Shown: piece after piece, positions 22,982 through 32,048 of the stretch
How positions within the stretch are numbered: position 1 is the first letter of the stretch
Layout: every line of letters starts with the position of its first letter
From: an uncultured Acidobacteriota bacterium
Lineage (GTDB): Bacteria > Acidobacteriota > Thermoanaerobaculia > UBA5066 > Gp7-AA6
Direction: 5' to 3'
Assembly: GCA_963810205.1 (NCBI GenBank)
Contig: CAWEMP010000016.1
Coordinates: 12,001 to 76,000 of the forward strand
DNA length: 64,000 bases
Position numbers and translations under genes: made by a program
The notes under the pieces: model-generated
Database searches by the model: none
What the model saw: only the letters and a program-made list of their open reading frames with translations
What the model was told of the DNA's origin: nothing

Positions 22982-25524
22982 CGGCCGGCCTCTTCCGCCC
23001 GCTTCCGGAAGATCGCCTTCGCGGCCGAAAGCCGGCCCATCACGTCGGTTTTCTCGGCATCGTCGTTCCAGCCCGCGTGCGCCTCGGCCGCCGCCTCGAG
23101 TCGCTCGATCCAGCGGACGAAGTAGCGGGCATCCTCGGCGTTCCGGACCGGCCGGCCGTTGACCGTCACGTAGATGGGGCTCGTCGTGGCGAAAGGGTAG
23201 ATGTCGAGCACGGGCTCCACGGCACCGGCGGACCAGGCTCGCAGCGTATACCACCCGCTCCCGCCGACGGTGACCGGAATCGTGGCGTCGGCGCGCGTGC
23301 CCCCGGCGGCCGTCGGTATCGTCGCGACGACGGCCCCGTTGGAGACGATCTCGAGCTTCTCGATCGGAACGATCGAGCGCAGACTCACTTTCGCCGAGAG
23401 CTTGCGAACGCCGGCTGGCAGCTCGATCTCGTCTCCGATTTCACGTCCCTCGAGCGTGAAGACGAGGAGCGGCCCGTTCGAGGCGAAGGTCCGGCCGGCC
23501 TTCAAGGCCGCGAGCCATTCCCTGTAGTCGAGCCTGGTGCCCGACCGCACGAAGACGCGATTCATGCCGACCGGGCCCCGAAGCGACGCGAAGTTCGCCA
23601 TCGCATCGGTTCCGGCACCGGCGGGGACGTGGAAACCCGTGTTCAGGAGCTTGTACCAGACGTCCGCCGTGATGCGGTGGTCCGAGAAGCCGACGAGCTC
23701 CAGGTAGTCCGCCTTGACCAGAGCGACGTCCACCGGCAGCGCGTAGGTGAGGGGATCGGGGCCGTTGGGATCGGGCGGGGGCGGGTCGAAGGGATGGACG
23801 TACCCGGAAACACCCTCCTGGGCGTGAGCGAGGTCGAGGATCGTCGAGTTGTCCGGAAAGAGGCTCGCCGCCGCCGTGTGGACGTAGCCCGCGTAGTCGG
23901 GGAGGATCAGGTGCTTCGTCAGGCCCAGGTGCCCGGTGTGGCCCCACCAGCTCGTGTGGTACTCCTCGTCGTGTTTGACGAGCGTCGCGGGGGTGGAGAC
24001 GGGATCGAGGTCGCCCCGGAAGAACGCGACGTCCGGGATGCGCTGTTCCTTGTTGACGATCAGGTTCTCGACGACGTGCAGGTCCTCGGCCTCGGCCTGG
24101 GCGCGCAGCCGCGCGGGGTCGTTGCGGTAGGCGCCGCCATAGTTCATGTGGACGTGCAGGTCGCCGCTCCACCAGCCTCGCGCGGGAAGATCGTCGAGGC
24201 GCTCCAGCCTCAGGTTCGCGGCGGCGCTCGCCCCCGCGACGACCTCCACGACGACCTTCGAGGCCGCATACTCGAGACCGCGTGTCGCGAGGACGGTGTA
24301 TCGGCCCACGGGCACCGTCAGCGTCGCGGGACCCGGCGAGTGGAAGTACGTCATCTCGAACGGCCGCACCTTGCGGTCGAAGCCATCGTCCGCATGCCGC
24401 CATGCGGAATCGGGCGCCCAGCCTCGCCCGTCCACGCCGGTCACCGAAAAACGCGCCGGCATCGGGGCTCCGGACGCGTCGGCTGCGGACACGGTCAGGG
24501 TCCCGGTGGGGCGGAGGTAGTGGCGCCTCGCCGCGACGATGGACTCCGTGGCGCCGCCCGGGATCGAGACGACGCGAAGCGACACGTTGCCGTCCTGATT
24601 CGACACGAACGCGATGCGCCGGCCGTCCGGCGACCAGCGCGGCCGCGTGTGGTCGCACTCGCAGTAGGTCAACTCGAACGGGTCGCCGCCCTCGGCCGTC
24701 GTCAGCCAGAGCTGGTTGCGCTGGCGGCCGAGATAGGAGCTGTAGACCACCCGCTTCCCGTCGCGCGCCCAGTCGGGCCGCGCCTTCCAGTTCGTCTCCT
24801 CCTTGCGGACGAGATGCATCGGCGCTCCCGGGCGGGCCTCCATGCGCCAGAGATCGCCCGAGCCCCAGACGTCGCCCCGGTTGGAGATCAGGATGAGCTG
24901 CTTGCCGTCCGGCGACCAGGTCGGCGACAGATACTGGTCGAACTTCGAGTAGTAGTAGCGGGGCAGCTTGCTCTCGACGTCCTCGGTGATCCGGACCGGC
25001 TCTCCGGCGGCCTTCCCGGCCGAGACCCGGAGCACGAAGACGTGAAAACGCCCGTGGAACGCGGTCGAGACGTAGGCGACATGCGACCCGTCCGGCGACC
25101 AGCGCGCATCGAGGTTCGCCGCGCCATTGGCCACGAGCGGCCGCGCGCTCTTGTCGGAGAGATCCAGCAGCCAGAGCTCCAGCGCGTCGTTGCGGTAGGA
25201 CGTGTAGAGGATGTGCCGCCCGTCGGGCGACCAGTCCGGCTCCGAGTCGTAGCCCGGTCCGTCCGTCAGCTGCACCGCCTCCGTGGAGTCGACCTTCTGC
25301 CGCCAGAGCGAACCCTGCATCGCGTAGACGAGCTCTGTTCCGCTAGGCGACCAGGCTGCCGCGCTCGGCCCGCTCGTCACCTGCGGGAGGTACATCTCCC
25401 GGTAGTAGTACGGGTGCGGCTCGTTGATCTGCTTCAGCACCGGCTCGCGCTCGGCGAGGGCGGAGGCGGCGAGGGCGAGGAGCACGAAGGCGAGCGCCGT
25501 GGGGCGAGGCGTGGTCGAGATCAT
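22978..25524 (-). CDS. secreted TolB-like beta-propeller fused to a PHP/CehA-like metal-dependent hydrolase domain
   Basis: Signal peptide MISTTPRPTALAFVLLALAASALA. Six WSPDG-type blades (WSPSGTELVY, WSPDGRHILY, WSPDGSHVAY, WSPDGKQLIL, WARDGKRVVY, WSPDGRRIAF) are followed by WWSGDLHVHMNYGG. ATG 25524 has SD GGGAGAG 8 nt upstream and is preferred over GTG 25533. Confidence 0.75.
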   Translation of the reverse strand: MISTTPRPTALAFVLLALAASALAEREPVLKQINEPHPYYYREMYLPQVTSGPSAAAWSPSGTELVYAMQGSLWRQKVDSTEAVQLTDGPGYDSEPDWSPDGRHILYTSYRNDALELWLLDLSDKSARPLVANGAANLDARWSPDGSHVAYVSTAFHGRFHVFVLRVSAGKAAGEPVRITEDVESKLPRYYYSKFDQYLSPTWSPDGKQLILISNRGDVWGSGDLWRMEARPGAPMHLVRKEETNWKARPDWARDGKRVVYSSYLGRQRNQLWLTTAEGGDPFELTYCECDHTRPRWSPDGRRIAFVSNQDGNVSLRVVSIPGGATESIVAARRHYLRPTGTLTVSAADASGAPMPARFSVTGVDGRGWAPDSAWRHADDGFDRKVRPFEMTYFHSPGPATLTVPVGRYTVLATRGLEYAASKVVVEVVAGASAAANLRLERLDDLPARGWWSGDLHVHMNYGGAYRNDPARLRAQAEAEDLHVVENLIVNKEQRIPDVAFFRGDLDPVSTPATLVKHDEEYHTSWWGHTGHLGLTKHLILPDYAGYVHTAAASLFPDNSTILDLAHAQEGVSGYVHPFDPPPPDPNGPDPLTYALPVDVALVKADYLELVGFSDHRITADVWYKLLNTGFHVPAGAGTDAMANFASLRGPVGMNRVFVRSGTRLDYREWLAALKAGRTFASNGPLLVFTLEGREIGDEIELPAGVRKLSAKVSLRSIVPIEKLEIVSNGAVVATIPTAAGGTRADATIPVTVGGSGWYTLRAWSAGAVEPVLDIYPFATTSPIYVTVNGRPVRNAEDARYFVRWIERLEAAAEAHAGWNDDAEKTDVMGRLSAAKAIFRKRAEEAGR

Positions 25525-25655
25525 GGCGCGCACTCTCCCATGACGCGGAGCGGGAAGTCTACGGCCGGCTGAGCGAAACGGACGACACCGACCTCCGTGA
25601 GCAATAGACTGCGAGGGCGGAGGGACTCAGCCGGCGGAGGAGGGGAGCTCGATCC

Positions 25656-26581
25656 ATGGACATTCTCCAGGCCATCGGAAACACGTCGATGGTTCGACTT
25701 CGCAAGGTCGTACCACCGCATTGCGCTGCCATTTTCGTGAAGCTCGAGTGGGAGAACCCCACGGGCAGCGTCAAGGACCGGATGGCGCAGGCCGTGATCT
25801 CGCGGGCGGAGCAGGACGGCCGCCTGAAACCCGGCGACACCGTCGTCGAGTACACGGGTGGCAGCACGGGGACATCGCTGGCATTGGTCTGCGCCGCCAG
25901 AGGCTACCGTCTTCACATCGTCAGCTCCGATGCCTTCAGCAAAGAGAAGCGAGATCACATGGCGGCGCTCGGCGCAGAGCTGACGCTCGTTCCGAGCGAA
26001 GGAGGCCTCACCACCAAGAAGCTCATCCTGGCACATGATCGAAGCCGCTCGCGCGTTGAGCCGAGAGCCGCACACCTACTGGACCGACCAGCTCAACAAC
26101 CAGGACAGCATCGCGGGCTACCACGCGCTGGGCGAGGAGATCTGGAGCCAGACGAAGGGGAAGGTCGACGCGTTCGTTCACTGCGTCGGCACGGCAGCGA
26201 CTTCGCGCGGGGTCGCCACCGTGCTGAAGCGATACAAGCCGGGCATCAGGATCGTCGTCGTCGAACCCGCGGAATCCTCGGTGCTTGCTGGGCGGCCAGG
26301 CAGGGCCTCACAAGATCGAAGGAGTGGGGATTGGCTACACTCCGCCGCTCTGGGACCCGACTCTCGTCGACGAGATCCTGCCGGTCAAGACAGACGACGC
26401 AAAGGAGATGGCGAGACGTCTTGCGCGGGAGGAGGCCCTCTTCGCGGGAACGTCTTCCGGGGCCAACGTCGTCGCCGCGATTCGAGTGGCCGAGCGGCTC
26501 GGGCCGGATGCCAGTGTGGTCACGCTGATGGCCGACTCCGGCCTGAAGTACCTGAGCACCGACGTTTACAGGATCGGCTAA
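25656..26581 (+). pseudogene. cysK: PLP-dependent cysteine synthase family protein, 2 frameshifts as sequenced
   Basis: PLP-Lys motif NPTGSVKDRMA, then TGGSTGTSLA, HCVGTAATSRG and GPHKIEGVGIGYTPP in three frames. Breaks are near 26033 and at GGG 26290-26292. SD GGAGGAGGGGAG lies upstream. Confidence 0.8.
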
Positions 26582-26625
26582 AGCCACCGCGCTTCGGCTT
26601 CGTCCAGAACTTCGGCAGGCTGAAT

Positions 26626-26702
26626 TGGTGGGCCGTCTGGGACTCGAACCCAGGACCACCGGCTTAAAAGGCCGATGCTCTAACCAGCTGAGCTAACGGC
26701 CC
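26626..26702 (-). tRNA. tRNA-Lys (anticodon UUU), CCA encoded
   Basis: The reverse complement folds as a cloverleaf: GGGCCGT/ACGGCCC acceptor, GCTC/GAGC D stem, TCGGC-CTTTTAA-GCCGG anticodon arm, CTGGG-TTCGAGT-CCCAG T arm, discriminator A plus CCA. Confidence 0.92.
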
Positions 26703-26870
26703 AAGAGGCTGGTGCTCCTGAAGATAACTCACTTCGCGTCTCGCTGCGAAGCTCGGCCCTACCAAATCCTGGCGCCTTTGGGTGGGGCCAGGGATGAGGA
26801 GTTGTACCGGGCGCGGAAGATTGCGAAGTCGAGAGCACGATCGCCACTCGCTGCCTAGAAGTTGTGCTCC

Positions 26871-27317
26871 CTAATTATCCCTGCAGTTACACGTATCTTT
26901 GATGCATCTCAGCTTGCTCGGGTACTCGACGTGAATCTCCTCGATTTCGTCGCGGCCTCCCTGAGGTATCACGAACCTATGGGTAAAGAAGCACCCGTCG
27001 TCTTTTTTCTTGGTGCATTGACCATTGACGAGTGTGGATTGACTAGAACTTTCTCCAGTCTTCTTGACCCTGAAACGTGCCAACGCGTCAAAGGACGCTA
27101 CGGGGTAGCCCACGTCATTGCAGCCAGATGCGCGCAACTTGAAGCGAAGCACGAGCATCCACCGACTTGCCCAGTATTGGTCAACTAACGCAACGGTAGC
27201 GGTCGCTTCCTCATCGTCGGAAGCTCGTAGCGCAGTTCCAGACGAGAACACTCCAAATGCGAGAAAGATCAGGAGAGGCAGGGAAAGCTGGTGACGGATG
27301 TCAACTCTAGCTTTCAC
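26871..27317 (-). CDS. hypothetical small secreted Cys-rich protein (ORFan)
   Basis: 148 codons from GTG 27317. Signal-peptide-like N-terminus (M)KARVDIRHQLSLPLLIFLAFGVFSSGTALRA|SDDEE, and six Cys in the mature part. TACAAT lies 6 nt upstream of GTG. ATG 27371 is an alternative start. I recognise no family. Confidence 0.45.
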   Translation of the reverse strand: MKARVDIRHQLSLPLLIFLAFGVFSSGTALRASDDEEATATVALVDQYWASRWMLVLRFKLRASGCNDVGYPVASFDALARFRVKKTGESSSQSTLVNGQCTKKKDDGCFFTHRFVIPQGGRDEIEEIHVEYPSKLRCIKDTCNCRDN

Positions 27318-27323
27318 AGCTCG

Positions 27324-27329
27324 ATTGTA
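27324..27329 (-). promoter_or_regulatory. -10-like TACAAT 6 nt upstream of GTG 27317 (ORFan)
   Basis: The minus strand reads GAAGACTACAATCGAGCTGTG. Confidence 0.35.
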
Positions 27330-27421
27330 GTCTTCCCCAGGTGGCTGGCCAGACCGACCGTACTGAGCCATGCCCAACGGGGCTAACGGAGGAGAAACCT
27401 CACCGTTGCGTGCGGGAGAGT

Positions 27422-28732
27422 TTACTTCGCGGGGGGAAGGCCGCTGAGGAACGGCGTGTCCGACCGCCAGACAGTCTCCTCGCGGCGCGGGCCAGTGGAA
27501 ACGAAGACAGCCGGGGCGCCGATGGCGTCTTCGAGGGCGCGGACGTAGCGCTGGGCGGCCGAAGGAAGCTCCTCGTAGCGCGTGACGCCCGTCGTCGTGG
27601 CTTTCCAGCCGGGGAGCTTCTCGTACTCGGGCTCGAGGCGGGCGATGTCTTCGGCGAGCGGCGGAAGGTCCGATACGGGCTTGCCGTCGAGGCGGTAGCC
27701 GAGGCAAATCGGGATTTCATCCAGCTCGTCGAGGCAATCGAGCTTGGTGATGGCCACGGCCTCCGCGCCGGAGAGCTCGACGGCGGTGCGCGCGACGACG
27801 GCGTCGAACCAGCCGGTGCGGCGCGGGCGCCCGGTGGACGTCCCATATTCGTTGCCGCGCTTGCGGAGGAACTCGCCGGTCTCCTCGTGGAGCTCGGTGG
27901 GGAAGGGGCCGGACCCGACCCGGGTCGTGTAGGCCTTGAGCACGAGCATGCTCGCCTCGAGCGCCCGGGGCGCGATTTCGAGGCCCGACGCGACGGCGGC
28001 GGACGTGCAGTGCGAGGAGGTGACGAAGGGATACGTCCCCGCGGAGAGGTCCAGCATCGCGCCGTGGGCGCCCTCGGCGAGCAACGTCGAGCCGGCCTTG
28101 AGTTGGTTGCGCAGGTAGCGGCCGGTATCGGTGACGTGGGCGCGCAGGCGCTCGGCGGCGGGCCCGAGCATGTCGAGGACGGCGTCGGCCGTCGGGACGT
28201 CCTTGCACCCGAGGGTGCGCAGGAGCGCTCCCGTCTCCTCGGCCATCGCCTTCACTCGGGCGGCGAGCGTCGCCGGGCGATAGAGCTCGGCGACGCGAAT
28301 CGCCTTGCGGGCCGCGAGCGACTCGTACGCGGGCCCGATCCCCCGCAGCGTGGTGCCGATCTTCGCGTCGCCCGCGGCGTGCTCGCGGGCGGCGTCGAGG
28401 AGGCGATGGTAGGGGAGGATGACCGGCGCGCGGTCGGAGAGCATGAGGTTCTCGCCGATCTCGACACCGGCGGCCCGCAGCGCGTCCATCTCCGACAGCA
28501 GCGCCTCGAGGTCGACGACGACGCCCGGCCCGATGACCCCGGTGCGGCCGCGGACGACGCCCGCCGGGAGGAGGTGAAGGGCGAAGTGCTGATTGCCGAA
28601 CTTGACGGTGTGGCCGGCATTGTGGCCGCCGTGATAGCGGGCCACGATGTCGAACCGGTTCGACAGGAGATCGACGAGCTTGCCCTTGCCCTCGTCTCCC
28701 CACTGTCCGCCCAGGACGGCCAGGACTTTCAA
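27422..28732 (-). CDS. purA: adenylosuccinate synthetase
   Basis: Shows GGQWGDEGKGK, GGHNAGHT, TTLRGIGPAY and GTSTGRPRRTGW. Intact. TTG 28732 has SD GGGAGA 6 nt upstream and is preferred over TTG 28753. Confidence 0.92.
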   Translation of the reverse strand: MKVLAVLGGQWGDEGKGKLVDLLSNRFDIVARYHGGHNAGHTVKFGNQHFALHLLPAGVVRGRTGVIGPGVVVDLEALLSEMDALRAAGVEIGENLMLSDRAPVILPYHRLLDAAREHAAGDAKIGTTLRGIGPAYESLAARKAIRVAELYRPATLAARVKAMAEETGALLRTLGCKDVPTADAVLDMLGPAAERLRAHVTDTGRYLRNQLKAGSTLLAEGAHGAMLDLSAGTYPFVTSSHCTSAAVASGLEIAPRALEASMLVLKAYTTRVGSGPFPTELHEETGEFLRKRGNEYGTSTGRPRRTGWFDAVVARTAVELSGAEAVAITKLDCLDELDEIPICLGYRLDGKPVSDLPPLAEDIARLEPEYEKLPGWKATTTGVTRYEELPSAAQRYVRALEDAIGAPAVFVSTGPRREETVWRSDTPFLSGLPPAK

Positions 28733-28804
28733 GTGCGTTCTCCCTAGATCCAATCGGTCGAAAAAGCAGCGCAGGCTAACAGAGTTCGGAGCTCGCTGTC
28801 AGCT

Positions 28805-28810
28805 TAGAAT
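28805..28810 (+). promoter_or_regulatory. -10-like TAGAAT 9 nt upstream of hutH ATG 28820 (leaderless or near-leaderless geometry)
   Basis: Reads GCTTAGAATCGCCACGCAATG, with no SD. Confidence 0.4.
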
Positions 28811-28819
28811 CGCCACGCA

Positions 28820-30338
28820 ATGAAGATCATACGGCTCGAGGGCGAGGGTCTCACCCTGGACGATCTCGCCGCCGTCGCGCGACGGGCGGTTCGCGTCGCG
28901 CTCTCGCCCCGGGCCCGGCGGGCGATCGCGGCCTCGCGCCGGGTGGTCGATCGGGCGGTTCGGTCGAGTGCGACCGTCTACGGCGTCACGACGGGGTTCG
29001 GGAAATTCGCCGACGTGGCGATTCCGCGGGCCGAGCTCGAGAGCCTGCAGCGCAACCTGATCCGGAGCCACTGCGCCGGCGTCGGCGCACCGCTTTCGGA
29101 CGCGGCGGTGCGCGCGATGATCGCCCTGCGCGCCAACGCGCTCGCCCGCGGCAACTCGGGCATCCGCGTCTCGACGGTCGAAGCCCTGCTCGGCATGCTC
29201 GCCGCGGACGTTCTGCCGGTCATCCCGTCGCAGGGCTCGGTGGGGGCCTCGGGCGATCTGGCGCCGCTCGCGCACCTGGCGCTCGGGCTCATGGGCGAAG
29301 GCCGCGTCCGGGTCCGGGGGCGCGAGAGGCCGGCCGCCGCGGCCCTCAAGTCGGCGCGCCTCCGGCCGCGTCGCCCTGGCCGCCAAGGAAGGGCTCGCGC
29401 TCATCAACGGCGTCCAGATGTCGGTCGCGGTCGGAGGCCTCGCGCTCCACCGCGCGATCGCTCTCTCCCGCGCGGCGGACCTCGTCGGCGCCGCGTCGCT
29501 CGACGCCTCGCGGGGATCCGACGCGGCTTTCGACCGCAGGATCGTCGGCGCGCGCCCCCACCCGGGGGCGATCCGGAGCGCGGCCAATCTCCGGGCGCTG
29601 CTCGCCGGCAGCGAGATCCGCGAATCCCATCGCGGCTGCGGCCGCGTGCAGGACAACTATGCCCTGCGCTGCATGCCGCAGGTGCACGGCGCGGCACGCG
29701 ACGCCTTCGCCCACGCGCGGCAGGTCCTCGAGCGCGAGATGAACAGCTCCACGGACAATCCGCTCGTTTTCGCGGGGCGCGGGGACATCGTCTCGGGCGG
29801 CAACTTCCACGGGGCGCCCGTCGGGCTCGCACTCGACTACGCCGCGATCGCGGCGGCGGACCTGGCGTCGATCTCGGAGCGCCGCATCGAGAAGCTCGTC
29901 AACCCGGCCCTCTCGGACTTGCCCGCGTTCCTCGTCCAGGAGGGAGGGCTCCATTCGGGCCTCATGATCGCGCAGGTGACGGCGGCCGGCCTCGTATCGG
30001 AGTGCAAGGTCCTCGCGCACCCGGCCTCCGTGGACTCGATTCCGACGTCTGCCGCGAAGGAGGACCACGTCTCGATGTCGCCCATCGCGGCCCGCAAACT
30101 CGCCGCGATCGTCGAGAACCTCGAGCGAGTGCTCGCGATCGAGCTGATGACCGCGTTCCAGGCCATGGAGTTTCTGCGTCCTCTCGCCTCCTCGCCGCCG
30201 ATCGAGCGGGTCCGGGGGGCCTTCCGCCGCAGGGTCCGGGCCTGGAACCGGGACCGAGAGCTCTCGCCGGACCTGGAGAACGCGCGGCTCTTCCTGTCGA
30301 GCGAGGCGATGGAGCGGGAGCTCGCCGCGCTCGCCTGA
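28820..30338 (+). pseudogene. hutH: histidine ammonia-lyase, one frameshift as sequenced
   Basis: MIO-forming motif [14 protein letters not shown], then YGVTTGFG. After the break near 29368 come [23 protein letters not shown] and STDNPLV (ORF 29418..30338). Confidence 0.9.
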
Positions 30339-30364
30339 GCCAACGCCGCTCATATAATCGGCCC

Positions 30365-32032
30365 ATGAGCACGAGCGTCCTGCCCGCCTCCCGGACCATT
30401 CGCGCGCACCGGGGAATCGAGCTGCGCTGTCTCGGGTGGGCGCAGGAAGCCGCCCTCCGGATGCTCGAGAACAACCTCGACCCGGAAGTCGCCGAGAAGC
30501 CGGAGGAGCTGATCGTCTATGGCGGAACCGGCCGGGCCGCGCGGAGCTGGGAGGCGTTCGACTCGATCGTGGCGACGCTCAAGCGCCTCCGGGGCAACGA
30601 GACGATGCTCGTCCAGTCCGGCAAGGCCGTCGGGGTCTTCCAGACGCACGAGGACGCTCCGCGCGTCCTCATCTCGAACTCGATGCTCGTTCCGGCCTGG
30701 GCGACCGGCGACGAATTCCGCCGCCTCGAGGGCCTCGGGCTGACGATGTACGGTCAGATGACGGCGGGCTCCTGGATCTACATCGGAAGCCAGGGCATCG
30801 TCCAGGGCACCTTCGAGACGTTCGCCGCGGCCGCCCGCGACTTCGGCGGCGACCTCTCCGGCAGGCTCGTCGTCACGGCGGGCCTCGGCGGAATGGGCGG
30901 CGCGCAGCCTCTCGCCGCGACGATGAACGGCGCCGTGGCGCTCGTGGCGGAGGTCGACCCGGAGCGGATCGAAAAGCGCATCAAGACGCGCTACCTCGAC
31001 GAGCGCGAGACGGACCTCGACCGAGCGATCGACCGCGCGCTCGCGGCCCGGGCGGCGAAGAAGGCCGTGTCGATCGGCGTGGAGGCCAATGCCGTCGATC
31101 TGCTGGAGCGGCTGCTCGGCCGCGGCGTCCTCCCGGAGCTCGTCACCGACCAGACCTCCGCCCACGACGAACTCAACGGCTATGTCCCGCGCGGCGGATC
31201 GCTCGCCGACCTCGAACGCCTTCGCGCCGAAGACCCGAAGCGCTACATCGATCGCGCGTACGCCACGATGGCCGACCACGTGCGCGCGCTCCTCGAGCTC
31301 CAGCGGCGCGGCTCGGTGGTTTTCGACTACGGCAACAACCTCCGCGGCCAGGCGCAAAAGGCCGGGGTGGCCGACGCCTTCAAGATCGGCGGCTTCGTCC
31401 CGCTCTACATCCGCCCGCTCTTCTGCGAGGGCAAGGGGCCCTTCCGCTGGGCCGCCCTCTCGGGAGATCCGGAGGACATTCGCAGGACGGACCGGGCCCT
31501 CCTCGAGCTCTTTCCGCAGGATCGGGCGCTGGCCCGGTGGCTCAAGCTCGCCGAGGAGCGGATCGCTTTCCAGGGCCTGCCGGCGCGGATCTGCTGGCTC
31601 GGCTATGGCGAGAGGCACCGCGCGGGCCTGCTCTTCAACGACCTGGTGCGGACGGGCAAGGTGCGCGCGCCGATCGTCATCGGCCGCGACCATCTCGACG
31701 CCGGATCCGTCGCGTCGCCCAACCGCGAGACGGAAGGCATGCGTGACGGTTCCGACGCGATCGGCGACTGGCCGATCCTCAATGCCCTCATCAACACGGC
31801 GGCCGGCGCGACGTGGGTTTCCGTTCACCACGGAGGCGGCGTCGGAATCGGATACTCGCTCCACGCCGGCATGGTGGTCGTGGCCGACGGGACCGAGAAC
31901 GCCCACCGGCGGCTCGAGCGCGTGTTGAAGAGCGACCCGGGCACCGGCGTGATGCGCCACGCCGATGCGGGCTATCCGGAGGCCATCGCGGCAGCCCGCG
32001 AGCGGGGAGTGGACCTGCCCTTCCTGCGCTGA
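30365..32032 (+). CDS. hutU: urocanate hydratase
   Basis: Shows [41 protein letters not shown] and [10 protein letters not shown]. Intact 555 aa. Confidence 0.95.
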   Translation: MSTSVLPASRTIRAHRGIELRCLGWAQEAALRMLENNLDPEVAEKPEELIVYGGTGRAARSWEAFDSIVATLKRLRGNETMLVQSGKAVGVFQTHEDAPRVLISNSMLVPAWATGDEFRRLEGLGLTMYGQMTAGSWIYIGSQGIVQGTFETFAAAARDFGGDLSGRLVVTAGLGGMGGAQPLAATMNGAVALVAEVDPERIEKRIKTRYLDERETDLDRAIDRALAARAAKKAVSIGVEANAVDLLERLLGRGVLPELVTDQTSAHDELNGYVPRGGSLADLERLRAEDPKRYIDRAYATMADHVRALLELQRRGSVVFDYGNNLRGQAQKAGVADAFKIGGFVPLYIRPLFCEGKGPFRWAALSGDPEDIRRTDRALLELFPQDRALARWLKLAEERIAFQGLPARICWLGYGERHRAGLLFNDLVRTGKVRAPIVIGRDHLDAGSVASPNRETEGMRDGSDAIGDWPILNALINTAAGATWVSVHHGGGVGIGYSLHAGMVVVADGTENAHRRLERVLKSDPGTGVMRHADAGYPEAIAAARERGVDLPFLR

Positions 32033-32048
32033 CGCGCGGGATCTCACG

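Larger units (their letters stand above)
26703..27421. other. compositionally deviant (low-GC) islet between tRNA-Lys and the purA 3' end
   Basis: The core (about 26860-27340) is visibly A/T-rich, roughly half G+C, against flanks near 70%. Codon third positions there are not GC-biased. Confidence 0.7.

Noticed and set aside
25534-25655. A riboswitch or leader RNA in the 120-bp region upstream of cysK, and similarly upstream of purA and hutH.
   Set aside because: I recognised no conserved riboswitch core (SAM, purine, T-box and similar). The regions are short and are explained by a promoter (TAGACT) plus a strong SD.
26732-26751. A tRNA-Lys promoter (TTCGCA ... TATCTT) upstream of the tRNA on the minus strand.
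   Set aside because: The candidate -35 and -10 boxes flank a CTTCGC/GCGAAG hairpin, which could equally be the terminator of the ORFan. The spacing is 18 nt and the boxes are weak, so I cannot support it from sequence alone.
26862-27188. The plus-strand 108-aa ORF inside the low-GC islet, as the real gene.
   Set aside because: It is shorter, lacks a signal peptide or any motif, and has no promoter or SD-like element upstream. The antisense 148-codon ORF has a signal-peptide-like N-terminus and a TACAAT-6 nt-GTG start. This is a judgement call, and confidence is low.
26626-27421. A classical tRNA-targeted genomic island or prophage remnant at tRNA-Lys.
   Set aside because: The deviant DNA lies on the 5' side of the tRNA. 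It is only about 0.5-0.7 kb, has no integrase or recombinase fragment, and I could find no direct repeat of the tRNA 3' end.
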